From the human T2T-CHM13v2.0 reference genome, Homo sapiens, in the NCBI RefSeq assembly GCF_009914755.1, contig NC_060929.1: a stretch of 64,000 nucleotides of DNA. One strand, given 5' to 3'. Positions 18,269-36,027 of the stretch are shown here, one piece after another. Made by a program: the position numbers and the translations under genes. A model generated the notes under the pieces. It had not been told where the DNA came from and did no database searches. It saw only the letters and a program-made list of their open reading frames with translations. Positions within the stretch are counted from its first letter, which is position 1. Each line of letters starts with the position of its first letter.

Positions 18269-18596
18269 TTTTTTTTTTTTTTTTTTTTTTAAATATAGAC
18301 AGTCTCCCTCTGTTGTTCAGGCCAAAGTGCAGTGTCGTGATCACAGCTCACTGCAGCCTCTGACTCCTAGGTTCAAGCATCCTCCCACCTCAGCCTCCTG
18401 AGCAGCTGAGACTACAGATATGCGCCACTGTGCCCAGCTAATTTATACACACACACACATATGTATATGTATATATAGATAGAGATGGGTTTTGCCATGT
18501 TGGTCAGGCTGGTCCCGAACTCCTGGCCCCAAGAGATCCTCCCATGTCCACCTTCCAAAGTGCTGGGATTACAGGCATGAGCCACCACACTCAGCC
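18269..18596 (-). mobile_element. AluJ with a CA/TA microsatellite in its linker
   Basis: Antisense dimer; 'acacacacacatatgtatatg' in the middle. Confidence 0.88.
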
Positions 18597-18987
18597 TCCA
18601 TTTACACTTTTTAAATTCTGGGGGTATTTTTTAAAATTCAGAAATACTAAAACCAAAATAGGATATATTTTTGATGTTTTCTTTTAGCATATAAAGCTTT
18701 CAACTTACAAAAAATACAACTGTATGCATAATCTCATTTAGATGGAAATTCAAAAAACAAGTTTCATACTCTTCCTGAAAAAGTCTCTTCCAGCTATCTA
18801 TCTCTGCAATAGGTTCTGTGAATTACAGAAAACGAATTCTCTGCTGTCATTGCTGGTTACCTGTCTGGCTACCTTGAGGATGGGTACTATATTTCAATTC
18901 TGTGATCCCAGCACAATGCCCAGGGTCTAATAAACATTCAGTGAACATTTCTCGAATGAATGCATAGGGCAACCACTCTTGGTCTCA

Positions 18988-19720
<733 letters not shown>

Positions 19721-20117
19721 CTCAGAGGCTAAGAAGGTGGAGACCGGAGAAGCTGTGAGGTTGTGAGTAACCCCGTGGGTCTAAGCGTGTTGGCTGTGAG
19801 GAACAAAGCTAGGGAATAATCTGCTGGGAAGCGCGAGGCATCACTTCCCTAACTGTAGGAGCTCAAACTCCTGTGTTCTTCCAGTAGACCTGGGAGCGAA
19901 GAGAAGCAAGACATTGCTGTGGAGGCGAAGTCTCCGTATTAAGATCTTGCTGGTTTTTTAAGTTTTCTTGGCACATACTAGGGCAAATTCAGACTCTTGT
20001 CGTGATACAAGGGTCGTTGGCGTGATTTTGCTGCGACTAGAGCAATTTACGTTCTTGCAAATCTGTCGCAAATTTTTGCAAATGTCTGGGCTGCTGATGC
20101 TCTGACTCAGCTTCTAC

Positions 20118-20300
20118 AGCAGTGGTTCGCAATTGGCTGCATATCAGAATCACCTGGGATGAAAACATAAATAAATAAATAAATAAACCTGATGCCCTTG
20201 CTTGACGCGACACTAATAAATCAGAATTTGGTCAGGGTCTGAGCAGTGGTATTTTCTAAAGTATCTCTAGTGTTCTCTTGGGCAGCTAGGGTTCAGAGTC
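20118..20300. mobile_element. MER5-like hAT element
   Basis: 'cagtggttcgcaa...ggctgcatatcagaatcacctggga...aatcagaat'. Confidence 0.6.
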
Positions 20301-20601
20301 ACGCTTTCTAATGCCTGACTCTGGCCCCCACGGTAATCCTGATTAGGGTCACCTGCGCCAGGGTTCCCCTTCCAGTGTAAGCTGAGTGGGCTCTACCACA
20401 CGCATTTGGGTTAAAGTGATCACAATTTTGGCACGGATTTTATTTTGAAGTCTACTAGAAACGTATTCTTGGGCTTCCTGTGGTGGTGCTAAAAAGACGG
20501 ACCGTAGTTTCTTACTCGTGCCTTGGTTATTCATTCTGAATGGAGATTAGGGCTGCTTCCTTTTTCTTGGCACTGTTTTAGTTTCTGCCTAATTTTTGCT
20601 A

Positions 20602-20906
<305 letters not shown>

Positions 20907-21098
20907 TTATTATTACTTATGATAAGCTGTATTTTTAAATAATGAATTCCAGTGAAAGGAAATTACGGTGTGTTTTTTGGCTGTAATGCAGAGGTTTGTT
21001 TAGGTTTGAAACAGAACTTTTAAAAATACAAGCACCATTATATAGCAGTTTTGTTTTGTTTTCCCCCAGCTTTAGCGTCACCTCCCTCACTGGGCAGC

Positions 21099-21428
21099 AT
21101 GGGGGAGAAGTCAGAGAACTGTGGGGTTCCAGAGGATCTGTTAAATGGTTTGAAGGTTACAGATACTCAGGAAGCCGAGTGTGCTGGCCCTCCAGTTCCT
21201 GATCCCAAAAATCAGCATTCCCAGAGTAAGCTGCTCAGGGATGATGAGGCCCATCTCCAGGAGGACCAGGGAGAAGAGGAGTGTTTTCATGACTGCAGTG
21301 CCTCATTTGAGGAGGAGCCAGGAGCGGACAAGGTTGAGAACAAATCTAATGAAGATGTGAATTCCTCTGAACTAGATGAAGAATACCTAATAGAACTGGA
21401 AAAAAACATGTCGGATGAAGAGAAACAG
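21099..21428 (+). CDS. TTC1: TTC1 exon 2 CDS (aa 1-110, acidic N-terminus); exon starts at 21070
   Basis: MGEKSENCGVPEDLLNGLKV...MSDEEKQ is recognised as TTC1. Acceptor ttcccccag, Kozak AGCATGG, donor CAG|GTAAGT. Confidence 0.97.
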
Positions 21429-22938
21429 GTAAGTATTTTATTTATTGTGCAAGATCTGCCACTTACACTGCATTTTAAAATGTGGTCGATACTGTATCAT
21501 AGACCACCTCATCTGTGGTAAAGAATAACTTGCCCCTTTGTCTTCTTATGGCTTTAGTAGTGTTGGATCTGAGATAAATCGGTGGCGTGACAGGGAAGCA
21601 CTTGAGTGTGTCTGCTTAACAAAGAAATTTTCATTATTTTCTGTGAACCTTCAGTTATGTTCATCTTGTACTTCAGGAGTCTGTAATGTAACAGTCTTTT
21701 TGTTTATTTTCAAAATGTATATATACTTTTTAGTTTTCTGTTATGAACTTTTCTACGGTTGGCTGCTGAGATTTCTGTAATGAACATTTTTATGTTTATG
21801 CTACATTTATGTTTATGAACATTTCCTGTTTATGCTAATCCCTTGTTAGCAAAATATGACTGCCTGAATATCTTGGTGGGGTTTTGGTTGCAGAGGTCTT
21901 GAGAAACAGAATTGTGTATGATTATAGCTAGCTATCCTTTGTTGAATGCCTACAATGTGCCATCCACTGACTTAAAATGTTACTTGTGTTTTCATTAATC
22001 ATCACAACATGCCTATGAGATACATACTGTTATTTCCCATAAGGAAACAGCTTAGAGGGATGAAGTAACTAGCCCAAGATCAAACACCTAATGAATTGCA
22101 AAACTAATTCTCAAATCAAATCTGTTGGATTCCAAAGCTAGAGTATAATGTATAATGTAATAACAAAAACATCTGTCTTCCTACAAAGCAGATAGACTAA
22201 TAAAATGTACACTCTCCTGTTTCTTTGCCCTGGGGCCACACCCTTAACTGGGCAAGCCTTCACTTTTGGAGACTGAAGTCCTGCTGTCCTACTTCCTTCT
22301 GATTGCACAAGCAAGGTAGTCTCTGAAGAGTTACTGTAATGTCTTGAGTTTGTCTACAAAGAACTTGAACTAGATTGTAGTTTATGCCACTAAGGAGCTC
22401 ACTCACTGAACAGGTTGTGATACATTGGTATTGAGATGAGATAATAAATGTTCAGCCTAAGCCTAACAGTGGGGGTGGGAAGGTAGCCTGGGGTGGGTAG
22501 GAGCATCTTCTCTTTCTCTCTCCTTAGACGCTTTTCATTATCAAATCAGTTAGCTTTAATGTGAACGTGTTCGTTTTTGTGCTAGTGTGCACCACCAGAA
22601 CAGGAGGAAAAAGGGCAAAAGTGAGCCAAGTTCATAAACTACCACAGCAAATACAGCTCAAAAAAATTAACTACTGTTCCATAACATTATAACAGGTTTC
22701 AGGCTTTTTAGAAACACTGATTATGCATCTATGTTAAAAAGTTAGTAGTGCTTTTCTGATACCTTAATATATTTTGCCCTGAAATTATATTAATTTTCTA
22801 GTGCCCTCTGGATTTGACAGTTGAATGGTTTGGCTCAAGGTGTCACAAAGTCTGATCCCTACCTCTAATTTAGTAAAACTTTTTTTGTGTCTCCTAGGCC
22901 AGAAAATCATACTTTAAGTTCTATAAATACTTTTATGA

Positions 22939-23236
22939 TTTTTTTTTTTTTTAAGACAGGATCTCACTGTGTCATCCAGGCTGGAGTGCAGTGATGTGAT
23001 CACGGCTCACTGCAGTTTCAACCTCCTGGGCTCAAGTGGATCCTCCCACCTCAGCCTCCTGAGCACCTGGGACAACAGGCTTGCACCACCCTGCCTGGCT
23101 AATTTTTGTGGGTTTTTTGGTAGAGACAGTGTCTCACCATGTTGCCAAGGCTGGTCTCCAACTCCTGGGCTCAAGCAGTCCTCCCACTTTGGCCTCCCAA
23201 AGTGCTGGGATTACAGGCGTGAACCACCACACCCAG
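22939..23236 (-). mobile_element. AluJ
   Basis: Antisense dimer. Confidence 0.88.
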
Positions 23237-23289
23237 TGAGGATAATTATTTTTATTGCCTGTAAGTTTAATATTCTAAGTAGAACAATA

Positions 23290-23590
23290 CTTTTTTTCAC
23301 TTTTTTCCTCCTTTTAAAAATTGAGATATAATTTAGTGAAACTGTATATCAGTTCTCATGTGTAGAATGCAGTGAGTTTGACAATTGTATACACCTGCAT
23401 AGTTCACGTTTCTATCAAGATAGAGAACATTTCCATCATGTCAGAAACTCCATTTGTGTGCTTTATCAGTCATTCCTTTCCCAACCCTGCCAGTCTCTGG
23501 TTAACCACTCTTCTGATTCCTGTCCCATAGGTGGTTTTTTCCTGTTCCAGACATTCATATAAACATAATCATACAGTAGTATTCATGTTT
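23290..23590 (-). mobile_element. Old L1M 3' end
   Basis: 'ttgagatataattt...tcaagatagagaacatttccatca'. Confidence 0.65.
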
Positions 23591-24032
23591 AAAACATAAA
23601 TATTTTCTATTCATTTATATATCAGTCTAAGTGTTTTCATAGCTAATTTGAAAATTTGTAAGAATATCTCATAACAGTAACATACTGCAGTGCTAGTCTT
23701 ATTATTTAGAGAAATGTAAGCCACTGACTCTACTTTAAGGAAACAACCTATAAGAGTGCAGATTGCCTTCAGCTAACTGTGGTACTACTCTTATTAGGTG
23801 TTTGTATGCTATTTTGATAAATATCTTTCCAAAATTTTCAAGAAGCCAGCGAAACAGATTGAAGAAATGTCTTCTACATATATGGTTTGGCTTTAATAGC
23901 TCATCAGAAACAGGATAGTGTTATATTTGAATCTTTTAAAATAAAGTTCAGATAGTTCAACAATGACTAAAAAAAAAAAATGGCCAAAAAATGTGAAAAG
24001 ACTCAGCCTCATTAATAATGATGAAAAGTACA

Positions 24033-24353
<321 letters not shown>

Positions 24354-24487
24354 CTATCAGATCAGAATATTGATCTGATGTTGACAAGGAGAGGATGTTG
24401 GAACTCATATACTAATATTGAGAATTTAAATTGTTATGTCACTTCATGGGATGCAGATACCAAATTTTTATGTGACCATTTCTTTAG

Positions 24488-25340
<853 letters not shown>

Positions 25341-25470
25341 ATTAACGCTGATTCTCTTGTAGCCATTTATTTCAAGGAAATTATTAGAAATATACACAAA
25401 TGTATATACATAGATGTGTTGCAGCATCATTCATAATTTTGGAAAGCTAGACAATGTTAAACAGGGTATT

Positions 25471-26600
25471 TGTAGTATAGTAAATTTATTTGGTCTTTGT
25501 CCCTGGTTCCTGTTACAGAGCCACTAGAACCCTTGGAATTTTCTGATAGTGTAGTGTATTTTTTTGTTATTCTTAATGTACCCCTTTTGATAACACCTGA
25601 GTTCATCCTAATGAGATAACTTTTAGGATCTGGCCTATCTATAGCCTAAGGAAGGATGGGGCCAGTCACCAAAAAGACTAAGTGATTAGAGTTTTAGAGG
25701 GTTGGAACTTTTGGCACCACCTACCAAAATCCAGGAAAGGAGGAGGGCAAGTGCTGGAGATTAAGCTCCATTAAAGCTTTTTTCTTCTTGTGTTTTGAGC
25801 CAAGTCTCGCTCTGTTGCCCAGGCTGGAGTGCAGAGGTGCGATCATAGTTCACTGGAGGCTTCAACCTCCTGGGCTCAAGCAATCCTCCTACATCAATGT
25901 CCCAAGTGGCTGGGACCACAGGCGCCTTCCACCACACCTTGCTAAATTTTTTTGTGTTTGAAATGAAGTCTTACTATGTTGCCCAGGCTGGTCTCGAACT
26001 CCTGGACTCAAGCAATATTCCCATCTCAGCTTCCCACAGTGCTAGGATTACAGGTGTGAGCTGCTGCGCCTGGCCTATAAAAACTCTTGAACTAGAAATC
26101 TGATGAGCTTCCAGGTTGATGAGCACATGGAAGTGTTAAGAGGGTAGCACCCAGAGAGGGCGTGGCAGCTCTGCACCCCTTCTCCCTCTACCTTTCCCTG
26201 TGTGTCTCTTCACCTGGCTGTTCTATATCATTCATAATGTCCTTTGTAATAAACTACTAAGTGTAAGTAAAGTGTTTCCCAGAGTTCTGTGAGCCATTCT
26301 AGCAAATTATTGAACCCACAGAGAGGGTGGTAAGAACCCTGTGCTAACCATTCAGTCGGAATCATAGGTCACAACCTGGGACTTGTGATTAGTGTCTGAA
26401 GTGGGGCCAGGCTTATGAGACTAAACTCTTAACCTGTGGGATCAGACACTGTCTACCTGGAGATAGTGACAGAACTGAATTGAATTATAGGACACTCCGT
26501 TGGTGTCCATTGGAGAATTGTTTAGTGTGGAAAACACTCTCATCTGGTGTCAGACCTATTGGGAGGGTATAGTAGGAGAGAAAAATGTGTTCTTCCCAGA
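25471..26600. mobile_element. MER21-like LTR with an inserted AluJ (- strand, 25778-26075)
   Basis: 'ggtctttgtccctggttcctg...acccttggaatt' and 'gagttctgtgagccattctagcaaattattgaaccc'. Confidence 0.75.
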
Positions 26601-26664
26601 GTATTACTTAAATTTTGTTGTTATATTTATGTAGTATACAATGCAGTTGTTAAAGGTAAATCTT

Positions 26665-26964
<300 letters not shown>

Positions 26965-27783
26965 TTAAAAAATTTTTTTAAAAAGATGAATCGTAGGTAT
27001 TGACCTGGGAAGCTGCCTGTAATATAATGTCAAATTAATTAATCAGGTTATACAACAGTGATGATTTCTTTTAAGGCTATGTGAAAATATGTTTATACAT
27101 ACAAATTTGAAGGATATACACCAAAGTATAAGCAGTAAGTAACTTTGAGAGGTATGATTATTAGGGAATTTTAATTTATATGTAATGCAATTTTGTAATA
27201 TTTGCTTTTTTTTTCAGTAAGCCTGTATTACATTATTCCATTTTAAGAATATAAATAAATAAAAATTGATTACTTTACAACCAAACTGTGTGCCCTACCA
27301 CAAAAGCACATGAAGCTGACCCCTGATGATTTGGGAAAGAAGTGCTATTCCGTACAGGGTCTATGTAGTATTAAAGGTTTCTTGTTGGACACAACCAAAT
27401 AATAGTAGCCAAAGTCTGTTAATCAAGCTAACTTCACTTGTCCTGTGGCTGGGAAGATAATTCACGCTCAAGTGTAGTGTCACTTCTCAGCAGGACTCAT
27501 AAATCAAGAATAATTGAGGAGGAAAGCAGTTAAGATTTGGTAAAAACAGGAAAAGCTCTCAGAGAGTATAGTGTATTCGTGTGTTTATTTCAGCAGTAAA
27601 TCTTAACTATTTGTGAAAGCTTAAATGTAGATATAACTACCCACAGGAATGGAATTTTAGCTAACATTTGAGATGTACTAGGTATGTGAAGCAAATAACT
27701 GGTTCTGAGAGGCTTGGCTAAGGTGAAGGACAAATGTAGCAGCAGAAGAGAATTGCAATAGTAACATTATGATACAAAAATTC

Positions 27784-28131
27784 TATCTTAGTGTGTTGGA
27801 GCTGCTATAACAAAATACCTTAGACTGGATAACTTATAAATAATAGAAATTTATTGCTCATAATTCTGGAGGCTGAGAAGTCCAAGATCAAGGTGCCAGC
27901 AATTTTAGTGTCTGGTGAGGGCCTCTTCCTTACAGATGGCACCATTTGTGTCCCTACATGGCAGCAGGGGCAGGGCAGCTCCCTTCAACCTCTTTTATTA
28001 GGACACTAATCCATTCATGAGGTTGGAACCCTTATGACTTAATCACATCCCAAAAGGACGCACCTCTTAATACCAACACAATGGGGATTATTTCAACATG
28101 AATTTTGGAGGGACACATTCAGACCATAGCA
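27784..28131 (-). mobile_element. MLT1A/MSTD-like MaLR LTR
   Basis: 'gctgctataacaaaatacc...gagaagtccaagatcaaggtgccagc...cagaccatagca'. Confidence 0.85.
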
Positions 28132-28563
28132 AGTGTTTATAGTATTAGGACCTATGGCACATACTGCAGAATGCTAGTATTGATTCCATAAGAAAATCGC
28201 CTTTTATGGACTGCTTGTCACAGTGCAGTTTCTTAGGTCTCATGTGTAAATTTCCTAGGTAATTCATATGCACATGCTGAGGCTTGAGGACCACTGTCAC
28301 AGGTTTTGCACAATCTTCCTTCATTAAATAGCTGTTGAATGAATAGCATCTTTTTCTCCCCCATGAGAGCCAATAATTGGCCTTATAAGTTACAGAAATT
28401 TTTTTCTCACATTTATTCAAGTAATATTTACATTTCTTCCACCCACTAGACATTGTTTGAGGCCCTGAGGGATACAGTGGTGAACAAGACAGGGTTTCTG
28501 TTCTCTCATTGGAGAATTAGGACAAAATGTTAACATGAAGGATGGGTTGGGTTGGAAGGATGG

Positions 28564-28910
28564 TGCTATGGTTTGAATGTTTTCCTCCAAAATTCATGTT
28601 GAACTTAATCCTCAATGTGTAGTATTAAGAGGTGGAGCCTTTAGAAGGTGATTAGAAGAATTAGTATCCTTATAAAGTATACCAATAAAAGACTTGAGGG
28701 AACCTGTTGGGCCCTTCTACTCCCCTTCCACAAAGTGAGGATGCAGAAAGAAGGCACCATATTGAAGCAAAGAACAAGCCCCTTACCAGACGCGAAATCT
28801 GCTGGTGCCTTGATCTTGGAATTTCCAGCCCCTAGAGCTGTGCAAAATAAATTTCTATTATTTATAAATTACTGAGTCTGTTATTTTGTTATAGCAACCT
28901 GACTAAGACA
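28564..28910 (+). mobile_element. MLT1A/MSTD-like MaLR LTR inside L2-derived DNA
   Basis: 'tgctatggtttgaatg...aataaatttctatt...gactaagaca'. Confidence 0.85.
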
Positions 28911-30109
28911 GGTGGAGAGGACTGCTTTAGATTGGCTGGTCAGGAAAGCCTCTCTGGAGAGGTGGCCTCTCAACAGAGACTTAGGGGAGGGTGGCACTGG
29001 GAGCAGCCAAATGTGTGACCGTCTGAGAGGGAAGCATTGCAGACAAAGAGAGCAGTTGAATAAAGCCCTAAAGTAACAACAAGTTTGGTGTTTTGGCATG
29101 TTCAAGGAATGGAAGAGCCGATGGCTGAAGCATGATGATTAAGGAAGAGAGTGGGCTGATAGTAGGCAAGGGTCTGATTATGGAATAGTTCCTAAGCCGT
29201 AGTAAAGAACTTGAAGTTTTTTCCAAGTGCAGAAGGAAACAGATGGATAATTTTAAGCCAGGGAGAGACGGAAGTTATTTACATTTTAATAAGAGAATTC
29301 AGTTCTTATACAGAGAATGGAGGGGTATGAGGATGGAGGAGGGACATGAATAGAACATTTGAGCCCAATTAGGCTCTAATGCAGTAGCCCAGTGAAGATG
29401 ATAGTAGCTTGAACTGTGGATCTGAAGAGAAGTGTATGATTTTGGGATATATTTCAGAGGTAAAGCAGACCACACATTGCAGTGGATTCGATTGGCGGGA
29501 TGGAGTGAGACGTTAGAATGATTCCTTGTCTTCAGCTACTGGATGGATGGTGTGGCCTTTATTAATATGAAGAAGATGAAGGAACTTTGAACTTATCCAG
29601 GTTCTGGTGATTTAATTCTTTCCTGCAAACAAACATTTTTTATTTGTAAGCCAAAATGCAGATTTAGTCATTTCAATGGGTTTGCTCCCTTTCACTAGTG
29701 GTTTGCAAATGGTATTCATTTACATGTACACATAAGGGATCCAAAAGTCTGTTGCTTGGTGAACATGGATTCAGAATGCCTGGTATCTGGGATTTTAAAA
29801 CATTAGGCTCTGAAAGTTTTAAGGATTATTCTTTAAGGTCATTTTCTCTTTAGGAACCATTATCAAAGCTTAGAAGTTTCAGTTTAGAACAGATGTTATA
29901 TTTCAGTCTCTTCCCTCTGTCATTTTTCCTAAATTCCACATTACTTAATCTTTTGGATTTCCATGTTTCTGCCACCCTATTGCACCATTTTCATAATCTA
30001 ATTAATGTTGTGGCTGTGGATGTGTTTGCAGGGAATACTCTCGATTGCTTCCAAAAAGTTCTCAGTAACTTCTTCCATAGTGGCCTGCATAGTCCTGTTA
30101 ACGTCATGA

Positions 30110-30816
<707 letters not shown>

Positions 30817-31030
30817 TAGAGTTACCACTGTTGAACTTAATGCTGTCTACAAACGATTAAATCAAATCCTAGAAGGAGCTTAGATTTCTGATCCCAAGTT
30901 TGTTTATTTTTATTTTTGTAGAGGCCCTTTCACTTGGCCTCCCAAAGTGCTGGGATTACAGGAATGAACCACCCTGCCTGGCCTGATGCTAAGTTTAAAC
31001 CAGTGGAAATAAGGGTTGCTTGCTCTAAAA

Positions 31031-31555
31031 CAGGGGTCGTCAACCCCCGGCCATGTACTGATACCAGTCTGTGGCCTGTAAGGAACCCAGCCACACAGCA
31101 GGAAGTGAGCAGCAGGCTAGTGAGCGAAGCTTCATCTGTATTTACAGCCACTTCCCATCGCTTGCATTACTGTCTGAGCTCCACCTCATGTCATATCCAT
31201 GGTAGCATTAGATTCTCGTAGGCTTGTGAACCCTGTTGTGAATTGCACATGCAAGGGATCTGTGTTGCCTGCTCCTTACAAGAATCTAATGCCTGATAGT
31301 CTATCACTGTCTCTCATCACCCCCAGGTAGGACCGTCTAGTTGCAGGAAAACAAGCTTAGGGCTCCCACTGATTCTACATTATGGTGAATTGTATAACTA
31401 TTTGATTATATATTACAGTTTAATAATTATAAAGTACACAATAAATGTAATGTGCTTGAATCATTATGAACACCCCCTTCCCCAAGACCCTAGTCCGTGG
31501 AAAAATAGTTCCCCACAAGAGCAGTCCCTGGTGCCAAAAAGGGTAGGGACCGCTG
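31031..31555. mobile_element. MER1A (hAT-Charlie), full length
   Basis: TIR-like ends 'caggggtcgtcaacc' and 'gggtagggaccgctg'; perfect 8-bp TSD ctctaaaa; 525 bp. Confidence 0.9.
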
Positions 31556-33542
31556 CTCTAAAACATTTGGAAGTTAGTGAGGTGTGTTTACATTATTTGC
31601 TGGCAGAAAAGTTAAAATGACGTTCAGTATTTCCTGTGTTTATTAAGAAAGGTCACTTTGTGTAGATCAGTGGTTTCCAGACTTTATTGTGTCTAAGCAT
31701 CACAGGAAATGTATTAACCATGCACAGCCTGAGAAGTGTCTGACACCACACACCTGTGAGGCAACAACCAGGCATCTGTTTTGTTAGCAAGCCTCCCAGG
31801 TAATTTTGATATAGGAAGAACTGTGGCCACACCATGGGAAACAGATCCAGATGGACACAGATGACTAAGCTTCCAAAACAAGAAGTATTGACCTAACCCG
31901 TACATTGACTGCATCCAACATCGGAAGAACTGAATAGGAGGTTTTCTTTTACCTACATCCGTTGATCAAGGTCTAAAAACAACTTGTTGGGCCGAATTTA
32001 AGCAGTCCTGACATAGAAAATTTATTTCTGTTAAAGATTGAGTTTTGGGAAATAGAATTTTCTGATTTAAGAAACAAGGGACTATTTCCAAGATTAATTC
32101 CTCATAGATCAGTCATTTTTTTCCTCAGAAGGATAACACCTACTGAGAGGCAGGTTCTAACTGTGGCTTAGATCCAAAGATCCTCCCTCATGCCTCCCTA
32201 GAGGACCTGTAAAGGTGACTTGTGGAAAGAACAGATATGTCTTTATGTATGTAAAGCAAGTGATATCTGATTTCAAAGAAGACAAAACCAAAAGCTTATT
32301 TTTTTAATGATAAGGAATTCCCTTCAAAATAATTATAGAACTGATGTCCCTAGCCCTTCCAGTATTTGCATTCCAAGTGTAGTTTTCTTGTCCCACCTAG
32401 ATAAGACTAAAGCAGAAAGTTTTGTTGCATGTGCCTCCACTTTCCAGCAGTTGAGCAAGTATGTACCTCTCTTTACGCTCTCTTTTACTCCAGCTATTGA
32501 TCTCTGGGTACTGTGATCCCTGGGTACTGTGCTTGGCATAAAGTGTATGCCGTTTTATTTTGTAGCAATTACTTCACAAAACTGCAGAGGGCAGCAGAGA
32601 GCTGCTGATAGATTTATAATATGGACATAAGCTTGCCGGAGTGAGAGTCTTGGTTTTCCCCCTGTTTGTCTGTTGAGCACATGCTTACCATAGGATTATT
32701 TAAATATGAGATTATTTTTTAAATGTATTTCATGCAAGTTTTTAACTATTTAATAATGATAGATGGGGTATACACTTATAAGCTCAAAGTCAAGTGTGTT
32801 TATGTTGTATTCACTGACCTAAAGTAAAAGAAATACCCTACTCAGCCACTGCATTGTAGTCTGCTGAAGAGTGGTTTATTTATAAGGGACTAGAGAAGCA
32901 CTTTCTAACATTTTGCCATGCTACCCAGGATTTTAAATTATATCAGTTGAAGTTCTCTAGCTTGGATTTTTGGGTTTTTTGGAGGGTGGTTTTTTTGTTG
33001 TCAATTAAAAAATTATATTCAAGCTACTTCTAATATTTTAAGAAAGTGAATCAATCCATTTGAAGCTCTTAGCACAATGTTTGGCACATAATAAGTATTA
33101 TGAGTTTTAGCTCATTGAATGAGTTACACAGCCATGGAATCAGGCATCTAATATAGTATAGGTAATTAAGCAGATAGGGGTACTATGTTAGTAAATAGGA
33201 AATTACAAGGTAAGATTATAGCCAAGTCATGGATATTTGCTTTACAGGAAGACTCTTCACTTAGCAATAGTAGCATACCATTTCCATTTTTCATCCTAAC
33301 TAGTATTTACAGTAATTTGTCTTCTTTATAGAATATCTTCTTTATGTAAAGAAGTTTATAATATTTAAATCCTTGATTTGCTAATTTTATTCAGAAAGGA
33401 CACTTGTAATAGTTTCCACCTTTATTTCTTTGTTAGTTAAATGAAAATTAACCCACATATGCTACAGATTCGGGGTAATTCTAGAAATTGAGTTATTCAT
33501 TCAGCAGACATTTGTTAGTACCTGCAATTAATAGACAAAATT

Positions 33543-34077
<535 letters not shown>

Positions 34078-34287
34078 AGTTTTCTTGAAGAATATGGTTT
34101 TCTCTGTCAAGAAACTTATAATTCAGCTAGGGAGACATGTAACTCTGCTTACCTTTTTATTTTAGGTAGTTTCGTGTTTTATCACGAAACAGATCCAGAT
34201 GGACACAGGTGACTAAGCTTCCAAATACAAGGCTCAATGGGGACAAAGCCGTGTGCACAAGGCATGTCACATGTTGCCTAATCTTTC

Positions 34288-34614
34288 CACTCCTATGTGC
34301 TTCTTCTTGTGCTTCTTCTTTTTCTTCTTCTTTGCTGCCTTGCTGTCTTTTGATGTGTGCCTTGCCCTCTTGCCTGTATCATTCTCAGAGTCTGAGCTGT
34401 CAGAGTCAGATGACTTCCAATTCTTTTTCTTCTCCTCCTTTCTTTTTCTAGAAGGATTCCTTGTGGGGTCAGGCTTCTCAAACTCTGCTGACTTTGCCTC
34501 TTCCTTTTCCTCTTCCTCATCAGGTATCAGAGAGTATTTGGTCCCACCTGGTTGCATGAAACAATCTTTTGCAAAGTGGCCTTTACAGCCACACTTCTTG
34601 CAGGTAGTGTTCAA
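34288..34614 (-). pseudogene. ZCCHC17 (pNO40) processed-pseudogene fragment: CCHC knuckle plus Lys-rich C-terminus
   Basis: Translation LNTTCKKCGCKGHFAKDCFMQPGGTKYSLIPDEEEEKEEAKSAEFEKPDPTRNPSRKRK...SSDSDSSDSE.DTGKRARHTSKDSKAAKKKK is recognised as ZCCHC17. Intronless, with no N-terminal S1 domain and no ATG. Confidence 0.9.
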
Positions 34615-35084
34615 TCAATATACTCTGGTTAGCATGTAAGTGTGGGGGGATGGGCAATGGGTAGAGCCTTCTCTGTGCTGTGTACATAGCACAGTGCCTA
34701 CACATTCTGTGCCATAAGTATGTTGAAAAACTCTCATTACTGAGGTAGGGGTTTAATGTCCTTACTGGAGACTATATTTAGCTCTTGAAAGATAAAAATT
34801 ATTTCCCAGGTGGAGAGTTCTATTTTAACTTTTTATTTTTGAAATAACATTTTTCAGAAAGTAGCAAAAAATAGATTCCAGCTTCCCTTAATTTTAACAG
34901 CTTACATATCCATAGTGCAGTTATCAAAACCAGGAAATAAACATTATTACAACACTATAAACTGCAGACCTTATTCAGATTTCATCACATTTTCCATGAA
35001 CATCATCTTTTCTGTTCCAGGATCCACTGCATTTAGTTTTCATGTTGCCTTAGTTTTCTCTAGTTGATGACAGTTCCTTTATCT

Positions 35085-36027
<943 letters not shown>

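Noticed and set aside
21051-21521. 156-aa single-exon ORF
   Set aside because: It is TTC1 exon 2 extended into both introns. The true ATG is at 21099 and the donor at 21429.
24357-24379. 9-bp hairpin atcagatca...tgatctgat
   Set aside because: Isolated and short; plausible by chance.
32582-32597. CTCF-like motif ctgcagagggcagca
   Set aside because: Only a partial match to the core; cannot be supported without ChIP data.
34267-34614. Functional zinc-knuckle gene
   Set aside because: Starts at TTG, lacks the N-terminal half and a promoter, and carries indels relative to ZCCHC17 as recalled. Treated as a pseudogene fragment.
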